Shown here: piece after piece, positions 26,692 to 36,883 of the stretch
How positions within the stretch are numbered: the first letter of the stretch is position 1
How the letters are laid out: every line of letters starts with the position of its first letter
Notes under the pieces: generated by a model
Database searches by the model: none
Seen by the model: the letters and a program-made list of their open reading frames with translations, nothing else
Told to the model about the DNA's origin: nothing
Position numbers and translations under genes: made by a program
Source: Comamonas sp. lk
GTDB lineage: Bacteria > Pseudomonadota > Gammaproteobacteria > Burkholderiales > Burkholderiaceae_C
Reading direction: 5' to 3'
NCBI GenBank assembly: GCA_945865675.1
Contig: CAMBFO010000003.1
Location: 1,909-65,908, forward strand
Length of the DNA: 64,000 nt

Positions 26692-29439
26692 TCACTGCGC
26701 GGCCGCCTTAGCCGCTCCCGAAAAATCACCGGCGTGTACCTGCACCAAGCGGCTCCAGTCCATGTACTTGCGGATGGCCGCATTCACTTCTTCTAAGCTG
26801 GCAGTTTCGATTTTTGCTAAACGTTGCGCGGTGTAGTCCATGGTGCGCCCGGTACTGAGTTGGCCAAGCAGGGTACCGCTTAATGCACCGTCCTGTGCCA
26901 GCGAAATTTTGCTTGCTTCTAGCATCGATTTTTTTGCGTCAACCAGCTCTTGTGCGGTTACGCCATCGCGCACCAAGCGCTCGGTTTCTTCGCGTACGGC
27001 GGTCTGCAAACGTGCCAGGTTTTGCGGCGCATGGATAGCTACCAGAATCAAATCGGCCACCGGCTCAAAACTGCTGGCCGATAACTGGCTGCCGGCGGAA
27101 TAGCTGATGCCTTCTTTTTGCCGCAGACGCTCCTCTAAGCGGTTGTTGGAGCCGCCGCCCAGCACGCGATTGCCCAGGGCCAAAGCGACAAAGTCGGGCG
27201 CATCGTCGCGCACGCTCAGCGGCAGGGCTGCCAAATACATGGCATTCGGTTTGTCCGGTGCCGCCAGCATCATGCGTGCAGGCTCGGCGCTATAGGCGTT
27301 TTTCGTCAGGCGCGTATAGGGTTTGCCGCTGCGCCAGTCGCCCCAGAGGGTTTGGCTTTGGGTTTGCACCGCATTGGCATCGAAGTCGCCCACCATGGCC
27401 AACTTGGCGTTACTGGCTCCGTAAAAAGCTTTGTAAAACCCTTGTACGTCTTGCACGCTGGCAGCGCGCAAATGGGCCAAAATTTCATCAAAGCTCAAGA
27501 CTTTGCGCACATCGCCCGCGGGGTAGTTATCCAGCGCCTTGCGCAGGGCTTGCGAGGCCATGGCCTGCGGGTCGCTGCGTTGCGACTCAATCTGGGTGAT
27601 GCGCTCCTTGCGCAGCAGTTCAAACTCGGCAGGCAGCAGCATGGGCGCGCGCGCAATGTCGCGCACAATGTCCAGCACCTGGGGTAGATGCTGACGCACC
27701 GTCTCAAAACTAATGTTCACGCTGGTACCACCGCCGTCCACGCTGATCTTGGCCTTGAGTTCATCCAAGCGGCTGCTCAATGCCGCGCGGCTCAGCGTAC
27801 CGGCGCCGCGCATCAGCATGCGCGCCGTCAGCCCAGATACTGTGGCCTGGCCTTGCAGCGACTGGGCATCGCCAAAGTCCAGTTGCAATTGGCCACTCAC
27901 GGTTTGACCACGGGTTTTTTTACTCAAAAGCGCCAACTGCATGCCCCCGGGCAAGGTGCTGCGTAACGTGCGTTTGCCGATATGGGCGGGGCTGGCATCA
28001 AAGTTTTCGCCCGCGTCCACTGCCGCCCGGCCCTGGTAATTGGCCAGGAGCGCCGCTACATCTACCGACTCAGGTATGACGCTGCGCTCAGGCGCGGCGG
28101 TGGGGATGAACTGGCCGAAAGTGCGGTTGCTTTCTTTGAAATAGTTTTCCGCCACGGCTTGCACTTGCTGCACGGTCAGGGCCTCCAGGCGGTCGCGCTC
28201 CAAAAAGAACAAACGCCAGTCGCCGCGCGCAATATTTTCAGACAACTGCATCGCCAGGCGCTGCGGGTCGTTCATGGTGTCGTCAAAGCCGACCATCAAG
28301 CTGGTTTTGGCGCGCTGCAACTCCTGTTGGGTCACCGGCTGGGATTTGACATTTTCCAAAGCCACTTGCATTGCAGCGCGCAAGTCGGGGATGGATTGCT
28401 CTTTGCCGAGCTCGGCCATGAACAGGATATAGCCAGGTTCGGTGAGCATGAAATTCCAAGGCGCAATCGACACGGCTTTGTTTTTCTCTACCAATTCTTT
28501 GTGCAAGCGCCCATTGGGCGTGTCGGCCAATATCTCGGACAGTGCTTGCATGGCCACCGCATCCGGGTGGCTGGCCGCTGCGGTGTGGTACATCACGCCC
28601 GCCAGTTGCGTATCGCCCACGCGCTTGACGCTGACTTCGCGCGCACCCTGTTGCACCGGGTCACGGGTGTAGGTTAGCGGCAGGCTGCGCGCCGGTTTGG
28701 CGATGGCGCCGAAATAGCGCTCCACCAGCGCCAAGGTTTTGGCCACGTCCAGCTTGCCCGTAATGATGAGCACTGCATTGTCCGGCTGGTAGTACTGGCG
28801 GTAAAAGGCTTGCAGGTTTTCAATGCGCACATTCTCCACATCGCTGCGCGCACCGATAGTGGACTTGCCGTAGTTGTGCCAGTCATAAGCCGTGGCCACC
28901 ATGTATTTCCACAAGGTGCGCCGGGGGTTGTTCTCGCCCATTTCCATTTCATTGCGCACCACGGAAAACTCAGTCTCCAGATCTTTGCGCGCAATAAAGC
29001 TATTGACCATACGGTCCGCTTCCATCTCTAGCGCCCACTGTAAGTTGTCGTCGTTAGCGGCAAAGGTTTCGAAGTAATTGGTGCGGTCGTAGGACGTGGT
29101 GCCGTTAAAGCGCATGCCGCGTTTGCCCAGTTCTTGCATCACGTTACCGCGCGAGGGCGTGCCCTTGAACACCAGATGCTCCAGCAAATGCGCCATGCCG
29201 GTTTCGCCATAGTTTTCATGCCGGCTGCCCACCAGGTAGGTGATGTTCACCGTGGTGGTTGGCTTGGAGGCATCGGGGGCGAGCAGGACGCGTAAACCAT
29301 TAGGCAGGCGGTATTCGCTCACACCTTCGACTTGGGTGTACAAGCTACTGGCCGTGCTAGCCTGGGCGCTAAAGGACGTAAACAGCCCATTTGCAGCGAT
29401 GACCAAGGCCAGGGTAAAGGCGTTGCCGGGAATACGCAT
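26692..29439 (-). CDS. M16 family zinc protease (PqqL/pitrilysin-like), secreted
   Basis: HLLEH (HxxEH), NGTTSYDRTNY, VVRNE, RQKEGISY; signal peptide. Confidence 0.92.
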   Translation of the reverse strand: MRIPGNAFTLALVIAANGLFTSFSAQASTASSLYTQVEGVSEYRLPNGLRVLLAPDASKPTTTVNITYLVGSRHENYGETGMAHLLEHLVFKGTPSRGNVMQELGKRGMRFNGTTSYDRTNYFETFAANDDNLQWALEMEADRMVNSFIARKDLETEFSVVRNEMEMGENNPRRTLWKYMVATAYDWHNYGKSTIGARSDVENVRIENLQAFYRQYYQPDNAVLIITGKLDVAKTLALVERYFGAIAKPARSLPLTYTRDPVQQGAREVSVKRVGDTQLAGVMYHTAAASHPDAVAMQALSEILADTPNGRLHKELVEKNKAVSIAPWNFMLTEPGYILFMAELGKEQSIPDLRAAMQVALENVKSQPVTQQELQRAKTSLMVGFDDTMNDPQRLAMQLSENIARGDWRLFFLERDRLEALTVQQVQAVAENYFKESNRTFGQFIPTAAPERSVIPESVDVAALLANYQGRAAVDAGENFDASPAHIGKRTLRSTLPGGMQLALLSKKTRGQTVSGQLQLDFGDAQSLQGQATVSGLTARMLMRGAGTLSRAALSSRLDELKAKISVDGGGTSVNISFETVRQHLPQVLDIVRDIARAPMLLPAEFELLRKERITQIESQRSDPQAMASQALRKALDNYPAGDVRKVLSFDEILAHLRAASVQDVQGFYKAFYGASNAKLAMVGDFDANAVQTQSQTLWGDWRSGKPYTRLTKNAYSAEPARMMLAAPDKPNAMYLAALPLSVRDDAPDFVALALGNRVLGGGSNNRLEERLRQKEGISYSAGSQLSASSFEPVADLILVAIHAPQNLARLQTAVREETERLVRDGVTAQELVDAKKSMLEASKISLAQDGALSGTLLGQLSTGRTMDYTAQRLAKIETASLEEVNAAIRKYMDWSRLVQVHAGDFSGAAKAAAQ

Positions 29440-29660
29440 AGAGATTCCTTTTGAGGCGCGTGACTGCACCAGAGGGATAATTTTGGCATACACGGTCGTG
29501 CGCTCTGGCCCCAAAGAGGCTATCTGGAGCGGGCCTGTAACCGCGGGCGCCTCTACCCTAGAATCCGCCCAGCTTTGAAATAGCGCTTCCCAGCCAAGTG
29601 TCGGCCTGGTGCCCATCCCATCAATCGCTGACGTTTTCCCCCTTGAGTTATTCCCAACTT

Positions 29661-30794
29661 ATGAAACGACTCCTCCTCCTTTTGTGCATCGTTTCCGTCT
29701 TGGCTGCCTGTAAGAAGTCGCCTGATGCGACTGGAGATGTCGGCTTACCCGCAGCGCCTTTGCTGATTGCGCCTGAGGACCTAGTCAACGTAACGGACGG
29801 AGCAACGGGCGGCGGCTCGGCGATTTCGGGCACGATCGCTGCCGAGCGCAAGGCAGATCTGCGCGCCGAGGCCTCGGCGGTGGTGCTCGAAGTGCTCAAA
29901 GACAACGGTGATGTGGTACGCCGGGGCGATTTGTTGGTTCGGCTGGACGAAACCGCTATCCGCGACAGCCTCAACGCCGCCGAAGACAGCGCCCGTAATG
30001 CCGGCTTTCAATGGGAGCAGGCCAAGCGTAATCTGGAGCGCCTGCAAACCTTGCGCGCCAGCGGCATGGCGAGCCTGCAATCCATCGATGACGCAGAAAT
30101 CCGCGCTAACTCAGCGCAAAACGAGGTCTCGGGCGCCAACTCGCGCGTTGCACTGGCGCGTCAACAGCTCCAGCGCACCCAGGTGCGTGCGCCATTTGAC
30201 GGTGTTATCGGTGAGCGTAAGGCCTCCCCTGGCGACACCGCCTCGATTGGTAAAGAACTGCTCAAGGTGATCGATCCCGCCAGCCTGCGCTTGGTAGGCC
30301 GCGTGTCTGCTGATCAGGCCGGACGCGTGAAGCTGGGCCAAGCGGTGCGCTTTCGCGTCAATGGCTATGGCGATGAGAGCTTCGAAGGCAAAGTCACCCG
30401 CATTGATCCCACGGCCAATGAGGCTACACGCCAACTTGAAGTGCTGGTTGCCTTTACCGGTCCGGCACGCCCACGCGTGGCCGGCTTGTTTGCCGAAGGT
30501 CACATCAGCAGCGGCGCAAATGCCCCAAGTGGCCCGGTGGTCGATGAATCGGCGCTGCAGCGCCTGGGTGATGCCAGTTTTGTCTGGCGGGTCGATGCCG
30601 GCGCGGTGCGTAAAGTCGCGGTCACTTTAGGCGCCCGTGATGCCCGCAGCGGCCGGTATGCGGTGCAGGCCGGTGTGCAAACCGGCGATCGGCTGCTACG
30701 CAATCCGGGAAGCGGCTTGAAAGACGGTCAGACCATTAGCCTGGTGGCGGTACCGGCGCAGGCCAAGGCCAGCGCGGCGGCATCGGGGCTATAA
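29661..30794 (+). CDS. RND efflux periplasmic adaptor (MFP), lipoprotein
   Basis: LAAC lipobox, GDVVRRGDLLVRLD, VRAPFDGVI, RIDPTAN. Confidence 0.92.
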   Translation: MKRLLLLLCIVSVLAACKKSPDATGDVGLPAAPLLIAPEDLVNVTDGATGGGSAISGTIAAERKADLRAEASAVVLEVLKDNGDVVRRGDLLVRLDETAIRDSLNAAEDSARNAGFQWEQAKRNLERLQTLRASGMASLQSIDDAEIRANSAQNEVSGANSRVALARQQLQRTQVRAPFDGVIGERKASPGDTASIGKELLKVIDPASLRLVGRVSADQAGRVKLGQAVRFRVNGYGDESFEGKVTRIDPTANEATRQLEVLVAFTGPARPRVAGLFAEGHISSGANAPSGPVVDESALQRLGDASFVWRVDAGAVRKVAVTLGARDARSGRYAVQAGVQTGDRLLRNPGSGLKDGQTISLVAVPAQAKASAAASGL

Positions 30795-30796
30795 AC

Positions 30797-33700
30797 ATGT
30801 TTTTATCGGATTTCAGTATCCGCCGCCCGATTGCAACGGTGGTGCTCATCCTGGGGGTGATGGCCCTGGGCCTGATGGCGCTCAATAAATTACGCGTCAA
30901 TCAGTTTCCCGATATCGAAAACCCTGGTCTTTTTATCTCTATCGCCTATCCGGGTGCCTCGCCCGACACGGTAGAGCGTGAAGTCGTTAACCGTTTGGAA
31001 AAGTCACTCCAAAGCGTGGCCGGTGTGGAAAAAGTCTGGTCCACCAGTGCTGAAGGCAACGCCCGCTTTGATATGCAATTTGCTTTCAGCAAAAACATGA
31101 TCGAAGCGGCCGACGAGGTGCGCGGAGTGATTGCCTCGGTGCGCTACAAGCTGCCCGTCGAGATGCGCGAGCCGGTGATCCGTCGCTACGATCCCTCTGC
31201 CCAGCCCATCATCAACTTGGCCTTGTCCAGCAGTAGCCAAAGCCATGCGCAAATATCCCGATTGGCAGAAGACGTGCTAGCCGACAAGTTGCGCGCTTTG
31301 CCTGGTGTGGCCACGGTGACGGTCTCAGGCTCGCTCAAGCGCGAACTTTCGGTGCTGCTGCGTTCTGCCAAGCTGCGCGAATACAACGTATCGGTGGGTG
31401 AGGTGGTTAACGCCATTCGCGCGCAAAACGCCAATGCCCCCGTGGGCAAACTGCGCGGCCCCTATGAAAACGAAAGTATTCGCCTGGTAGGCCGCATCGC
31501 CGAACCGCAAGACTTTACGCAAATTGTTGTGAGGCGCATGGGTGCCCAGCTGGTGCGTCTGGGCCAATTGGGCACAGTAGAAGACGGCTTTGCCGAACTC
31601 GATGGCCTGAGCACCCGCAGCGGCAATCCCAACGTGGGCCTGTTCGTGACGCGCGCGCGCGATGCCAGCACCGTATCGGTAGCCAAGGCCGTGCGCGAGG
31701 CAACCAAAGAATTCAACGCGCAACTGGCCAAGGACAGCCCCGGCACGCTGCTCGAAATTACGCGCGACGGTGGCAAAGATGCGCAAAACAGCCTCAATAA
31801 CGTGATCGAATCGCTGGTGCTGGGCGCGGGCCTGACCATCGTGGTGGTGTACGCTTTTTTGAACTCCTGGCGCTCCACCCTGATTACCGGACTGAGCTTG
31901 CCCACCTCGGTTATTGCCGCATTCATCGGTGTCTGGTTGTGTGGGTTTACGCTCAATTTCATGTCCTTGCTCGGTTTGTCGCTGGCTATTGGTGTGCTCA
32001 TTGACGATGCCATTGTGGTGCGTGAAAACATCGTGCGCCATATGCAGCGCGGCTCGGACAGGCGCACCGCCGCCTTGGAAGGCACCGCAGAAATTGGACT
32101 GGCGGTGACAGCAACCACCCTGTCCATCGTTGCGGTATTTTTGCCGGTGGCCTTCATGCCCGGAGGGGCCGGTGAATGGTTTCGCCCTTTCGCCTTGACC
32201 GTGGCCTGCTCGGTCATGGTAAGCCTGGTCATTTCTTTCACCCTGGACCCCATGCTGTCTGCCTACTGGGGCGATCCGCCAGACCACCTTACTGCATCTA
32301 AAGGCCCGGTGGGGCGCAAACTACAAGTCTTCAATGACTGGTTTGACCGGCAGGCCGATCGTTACGCCGCTGTGATTGCCTGGGCTTTGCACCACCGGCG
32401 CGCCATGGGGCTGATTGCCCTGGGTTCATTGATTGCCGCCATGGCGCTGCATATGCGCTTTGGTGGCTCGGCCTTTCTGCCTGCCGCCGATTCGGGCAAT
32501 CTGATGATTGATGTGCGCACCCCCGCTTCCTCCTCGCTCGAGTACGCGCGCCTGAAGATGGAGCGGGCCGCCGAAATTGCCCGCACCTTGCCCGAAACGC
32601 GCCAGACCAATAGCAATATTGGACCCAATGGCGGGCGCATCTATGTGGATCTCGGCCCGCGTAAGGACCGACGCCGCAGCGCCAAAGAAGTGGCGATCGA
32701 ACTGCGCGAGAAAATCCGCCCGCTCATTGGCGCTGAATTCACCGTGTTTGACGACCTGGGCAATGGGGCGCGCAAACCGGTGCAAATCGAATTCACGGGA
32801 CCGGACTCCCGCCGCTTACTGGAAATCACCAACCGCTTCATGGAAAAACTCCGCCAGGTACCTGGTGCGGTGGATGTGGGCCTGTCCGAGCAAGACCCGA
32901 GCAAAGAGCTGCGTATAGAGCTCAACCGGGGCTTGGCCAACTCCATGGGCATATCGGCCAATGATGCGGCCCAGGCCCTGCGCGTCGCATTTGCGGGCGT
33001 GGAGGTGGGCGACTGGGTGGATCCGACCGGCGAAACACGCGACGTGGCCGTGCGCCTGCATCCCAGCGACCGGCTATCGCGTGAAAACATCGAGCGTTTG
33101 CCCATTGCGATCGCTGGCACCGGCGAGTTGGTGCCTCTGGAACAAATTGCCACGATCACGATGGGTAAAGCACCTTCTACGATTTCGCACAGTGATGGCA
33201 AGCGGGTGGTGACGGTGGCGGCCAATGTGCAGGGCCGCTCCAATGGTGAAGTGACCGCCGATGCGATGAAGCTGGCCCAGGCTATGGACTATCCCCCCGG
33301 CTACGGCTTGCAACTGGCTGGTGCTGGCCAAGACCAAAAACAGCTGTTCACCGAAATGCTGATTGCCCTCGTGAGTGGTATCGGTCTGATGTACCTGATT
33401 TTGGTCGTCCAATTTAGTTCTTTCACCGCGCCCTTGGGCGTGATGTTGTCGCTGCCCTTGTCGCTCATTGGCGTTGTCATTGCCTTGCTGCTCACAGGCG
33501 GAACGCTCAATCTCATGAGCTTTATTGGCATCATCATGCTCATGGGTTTGGTGGCAAAAAATGCGATTTTGTTGCTCGATGCGGCGCGCAAAGAAGAGGC
33601 TGGCGGCGTTGCCCGTGAGGACGCTTTGATGCATGCGGGCCGGGTGCGTCTGCGCCCGATTTTGATGACCACTTTTGCGCTGATCGCCGGCATGATGCCG

Positions 33701-34000
33701 GTGGCGCTGGGGCTGGGTGAGGGCGGCGAGTTTTACCAGCCACTGGCCGTATCCATCATCGGTGGAACTATTACGTCGACTCTTCTGACTTTGCTGGTGG
33801 TGCCCAGTTTTTACGACAGCATTGAAGGCGCTAGCGAACGTATGCGGGCCAAGATCCGGGCGCGCAGTGTCCGCTTTCACCCATCCTTGGCCTTAGTGCT
33901 GACCATGCTCGAAGCACTGTCTACTTTGTTGCTTCTGCGCTTTGTATTGCGCAGCTTGGCAGGCGGCTGGGTCTGGATGCGCAAGCGTCCAGGGGTCTGA
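30797..34000 (+). CDS. RND efflux permease (AcrB/AcrD/AcrF family)
   Basis: SIRRPIAT, YPGASP, IGVLIDDAIVVRENI, KNAILL, RLRPILMT. Confidence 0.95.
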   Translation: MFLSDFSIRRPIATVVLILGVMALGLMALNKLRVNQFPDIENPGLFISIAYPGASPDTVEREVVNRLEKSLQSVAGVEKVWSTSAEGNARFDMQFAFSKNMIEAADEVRGVIASVRYKLPVEMREPVIRRYDPSAQPIINLALSSSSQSHAQISRLAEDVLADKLRALPGVATVTVSGSLKRELSVLLRSAKLREYNVSVGEVVNAIRAQNANAPVGKLRGPYENESIRLVGRIAEPQDFTQIVVRRMGAQLVRLGQLGTVEDGFAELDGLSTRSGNPNVGLFVTRARDASTVSVAKAVREATKEFNAQLAKDSPGTLLEITRDGGKDAQNSLNNVIESLVLGAGLTIVVVYAFLNSWRSTLITGLSLPTSVIAAFIGVWLCGFTLNFMSLLGLSLAIGVLIDDAIVVRENIVRHMQRGSDRRTAALEGTAEIGLAVTATTLSIVAVFLPVAFMPGGAGEWFRPFALTVACSVMVSLVISFTLDPMLSAYWGDPPDHLTASKGPVGRKLQVFNDWFDRQADRYAAVIAWALHHRRAMGLIALGSLIAAMALHMRFGGSAFLPAADSGNLMIDVRTPASSSLEYARLKMERAAEIARTLPETRQTNSNIGPNGGRIYVDLGPRKDRRRSAKEVAIELREKIRPLIGAEFTVFDDLGNGARKPVQIEFTGPDSRRLLEITNRFMEKLRQVPGAVDVGLSEQDPSKELRIELNRGLANSMGISANDAAQALRVAFAGVEVGDWVDPTGETRDVAVRLHPSDRLSRENIERLPIAIAGTGELVPLEQIATITMGKAPSTISHSDGKRVVTVAANVQGRSNGEVTADAMKLAQAMDYPPGYGLQLAGAGQDQKQLFTEMLIALVSGIGLMYLILVVQFSSFTAPLGVMLSLPLSLIGVVIALLLTGGTLNLMSFIGIIMLMGLVAKNAILLLDAARKEEAGGVAREDALMHAGRVRLRPILMTTFALIAGMMPVALGLGEGGEFYQPLAVSIIGGTITSTLLTLLVVPSFYDSIEGASERMRAKIRARSVRFHPSLALVLTMLEALSTLLLLRFVLRSLAGGWVWMRKRPGV

Positions 34001-34075
34001 GCCGACCGCAATTCCAATGACAATGTTGCCAAAGTGGGCGCGCCTTGCGCTGCACCCTAGAAAGTAGAGACTTCC

Positions 34076-36862
34076 ATGCAATTTCGTACCTGGGCCCAGC
34101 GGGCTTGTGCCATCTTTTGGGTAGGCCTCACCGGTCTGAGCATGGTGACTTGGGCCAGCGCCCTCACCACGGATGCCTCTAGTGTTTCCGTGGCGCAGCG
34201 GGTCCGCAGTGTGGAGGGCATCACCGAATACCTGCTGCCCAACGGCCTGCGGGTGCTGCTGGCGCCCGATGCCTCCAAGCCCACCACCACGGTGAACATT
34301 ACCTACCTGGTAGGTAGCCGGCACGAAAACTACGGTGAGACCGGCATGGCGCATTTGCTGGAGCACATGGTGTTTAAAGGCACGCCCAGCCAAGGCAACA
34401 TCATGACTGCGCTGGGAAAGCGCGGCATGGATTTCAACGGCACGACCTATACCGATCGCACCAATTATTTCGAAACCTTTCCGGCATCCGAGAGCAATTT
34501 GCGTTGGGTCTTGCAGATGGAGGCAGACCGTATGGTCAATAGCTTCATCGCACGTGCCGACCTGGATAAAGAATTTTCAGTCGTCCGCAATGAAATGGAG
34601 GCGGGTGAAAACAGTCCCCAGCAGGTGCTGATGCAAAAAATGCTGGCCAGCAGTTTTGACTGGCACAACTACGGCAAAGACACTATCGGTGCGCGCAGCG
34701 ATGTGGAAAACGTCAAGATCGAAAACTTGCAAAATTTTTACCGCAAGTACTACCAACCGGACAACGCAGTTTTGGTGATCGCCGGGGCTTTCGATGTGGC
34801 GCAGGCGCTGTCCATGGTGGAGTTGGCCTTTGGCCCCATACCGCGACCTGCACGCGTGCTGGAGCCGACCTACACGCGCGAGGCGCCGCGCGACGGCGCG
34901 CGTGAGCTCACGGTGAACCGCGTGGCGGACAGCTATTGGTTGGCTGCGCTCTACCTGGTATCGGCTGGAGCGCATCCTGATACCGCTGCACTTTTCGCGC
35001 TGGGCGAGATATTGGCCTCGCCACCCGCTGGGCGCTTGCATACCGAACTCGTCGAGCGCAAAAAGGCGTCGCAAAGCTATGCGTGGACGATGGACTTTGC
35101 CGAACCCGGTTACATGATTTTCTGGCTCGAGTTGGATAAAGGCCACTCCATGCCCCAGGCACGCCAGGCCATGCTGGAGCAGCTTGAAGGTGTGGCGCGC
35201 AAGCCTATTACGGCGGCCGAATTGGCGCGCGCCAAGGCTTCTCTGTTGAGCGAAATCGATAACACGCTCAACAACGCACAAAGCTTAGCCATCGCATTGT
35301 CTGAGGCCATAGCCAAGGGCGACTGGCGCCTGTTTTTCCTGCAACGCGATCGCATTGAAGCACTGACGGTGGCAGATGTACAAAGGGTGGCGCAGCACTA
35401 TCTGCAAAGCAGTAACCGCACCCTGGGCCAGTTCGTCCCGGTAGCCCATGCCAAGCGCGTCCTTATTCCGCCGACGCCCGTTCTGGCCGATATGCTGGCC
35501 GATTACCAAGGCAAGGCCGCGGTCACCCAGGGCGAAGCCTTTGTGCTCACCCCTGCGACGATCGAAGAGCGGACCTTGCGTACTACGCTGCCCGGCGGTA
35601 CGCGATTGGTACTGATTCCAAAAAAGACGCGCGGCCAGACGGTTTCGGGTCAGATCGTGCTGGAGCTGGGTGACGAAAAATCGCTGGCCGGGCGTGCCAG
35701 CGCCATCGAGATGGCGGCCAGCTTGCTCACACGCGGTGCCGGACGGCGCAGCCGCAGCGACATCAGCAGCACATTGGACCAGCTCAAAACCAAGCTGTCG
35801 GTCAGCCAGCAAGGCCAAAATCTGGTGCTGCAGTTTGATACGGTGCGCGCCAGCCTGCCCGCGCTCATGCCCTTGCTGCGCGATATTTTGCGTGCGCCCA
35901 CGTTTTCGCAGGCCGAGTTTGAGCAGGCGCGCAGCCAGGCTCTGACCTTTGTCAAATCCCAGCGCAGCGACCCCGATGCCTTGGCGTCCAACGCCTTGGC
36001 GCGTGGCCTCAACAATTTTGGGCGCAAGGACATTCGCTACGCCCGCAGCTTTGAAGAGACTATTGCGGATCTTCAAGCCCTGCGTTTGCCGCAGGTCAGG
36101 GTTGCATATGCCGATTTGGCGGGCGCCGCTTCGGCTCACTTCGCGCTGGCCGGTGATTTTGACCCGGCATGGGCACAGACTGCCGTACCTACGCTGTTTG
36201 CCGGTTGGGATGGCAAAGTGACTTTTGAGCGTTTGCGCAAGCTAGCGCCCGAGCCCCATGCGGCCACCTTGCAATTAGAAACGCCCGATAAAGCCAACGC
36301 GGTGTACATGGCAGCCTTGCCGCTTAAAGCGCAAGACACCTTGCCCGACTACCCAGCGCTTTTGCTGGCCAATGAAATTTTGGGTGGTGGCACACAGTCG
36401 CGCTTGCTCGAGCGTTTGCGCCAGCAAGAGGGCATCAGTTATGGCGCAGGCAGCCAGCTGCGGGTGTCGGCCTTGGAGCCAGCCGGGCAATTGACCTTGT
36501 GGGCGATTTTTGCGCCCGAGAACCGCACCAAGGTGGAGCAGGCTGTAGCTCAGGAACTCATCGAGTTGCTTGCCAGCGGAATCACCGAAGCCGAACTGCA
36601 GGACGCGAAGAAAAGCCTGGAGCAGCAGCGCCTGACCAGCTGGGCCCAGGACAGCGCTCTGGCCCAGTTGCAATTGGTCAATGGACGGATCGGGCGCAAT
36701 ATGGCCTTTTATGACAAGTTGTATTTGCAGATAGCCGCCACCAGTGTGCAGGAGGTGAACGCCGCAATGGCCCGCTGGATCTCGCCCGCGCAGCTTTTTC
36801 ACGTCTACGCGGGCGATTTTGCCACCGCCAAAAACAAAGCCGCAACCGGCACCCGGCCCTGA
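34076..36862 (+). CDS. M16 family zinc protease, paralog of 26692-29439
   Basis: HLLEH; shares the exact block LPNGLRVLLAPDASKPTTTVNITYLVGSRHENYGETGMAHLLEH; signal peptide. Confidence 0.92.
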   Translation: MQFRTWAQRACAIFWVGLTGLSMVTWASALTTDASSVSVAQRVRSVEGITEYLLPNGLRVLLAPDASKPTTTVNITYLVGSRHENYGETGMAHLLEHMVFKGTPSQGNIMTALGKRGMDFNGTTYTDRTNYFETFPASESNLRWVLQMEADRMVNSFIARADLDKEFSVVRNEMEAGENSPQQVLMQKMLASSFDWHNYGKDTIGARSDVENVKIENLQNFYRKYYQPDNAVLVIAGAFDVAQALSMVELAFGPIPRPARVLEPTYTREAPRDGARELTVNRVADSYWLAALYLVSAGAHPDTAALFALGEILASPPAGRLHTELVERKKASQSYAWTMDFAEPGYMIFWLELDKGHSMPQARQAMLEQLEGVARKPITAAELARAKASLLSEIDNTLNNAQSLAIALSEAIAKGDWRLFFLQRDRIEALTVADVQRVAQHYLQSSNRTLGQFVPVAHAKRVLIPPTPVLADMLADYQGKAAVTQGEAFVLTPATIEERTLRTTLPGGTRLVLIPKKTRGQTVSGQIVLELGDEKSLAGRASAIEMAASLLTRGAGRRSRSDISSTLDQLKTKLSVSQQGQNLVLQFDTVRASLPALMPLLRDILRAPTFSQAEFEQARSQALTFVKSQRSDPDALASNALARGLNNFGRKDIRYARSFEETIADLQALRLPQVRVAYADLAGAASAHFALAGDFDPAWAQTAVPTLFAGWDGKVTFERLRKLAPEPHAATLQLETPDKANAVYMAALPLKAQDTLPDYPALLLANEILGGGTQSRLLERLRQQEGISYGAGSQLRVSALEPAGQLTLWAIFAPENRTKVEQAVAQELIELLASGITEAELQDAKKSLEQQRLTSWAQDSALAQLQLVNGRIGRNMAFYDKLYLQIAATSVQEVNAAMARWISPAQLFHVYAGDFATAKNKAATGTRP

Positions 36863-36883
36863 ACGGCAATCGCTGCCTGGTGC

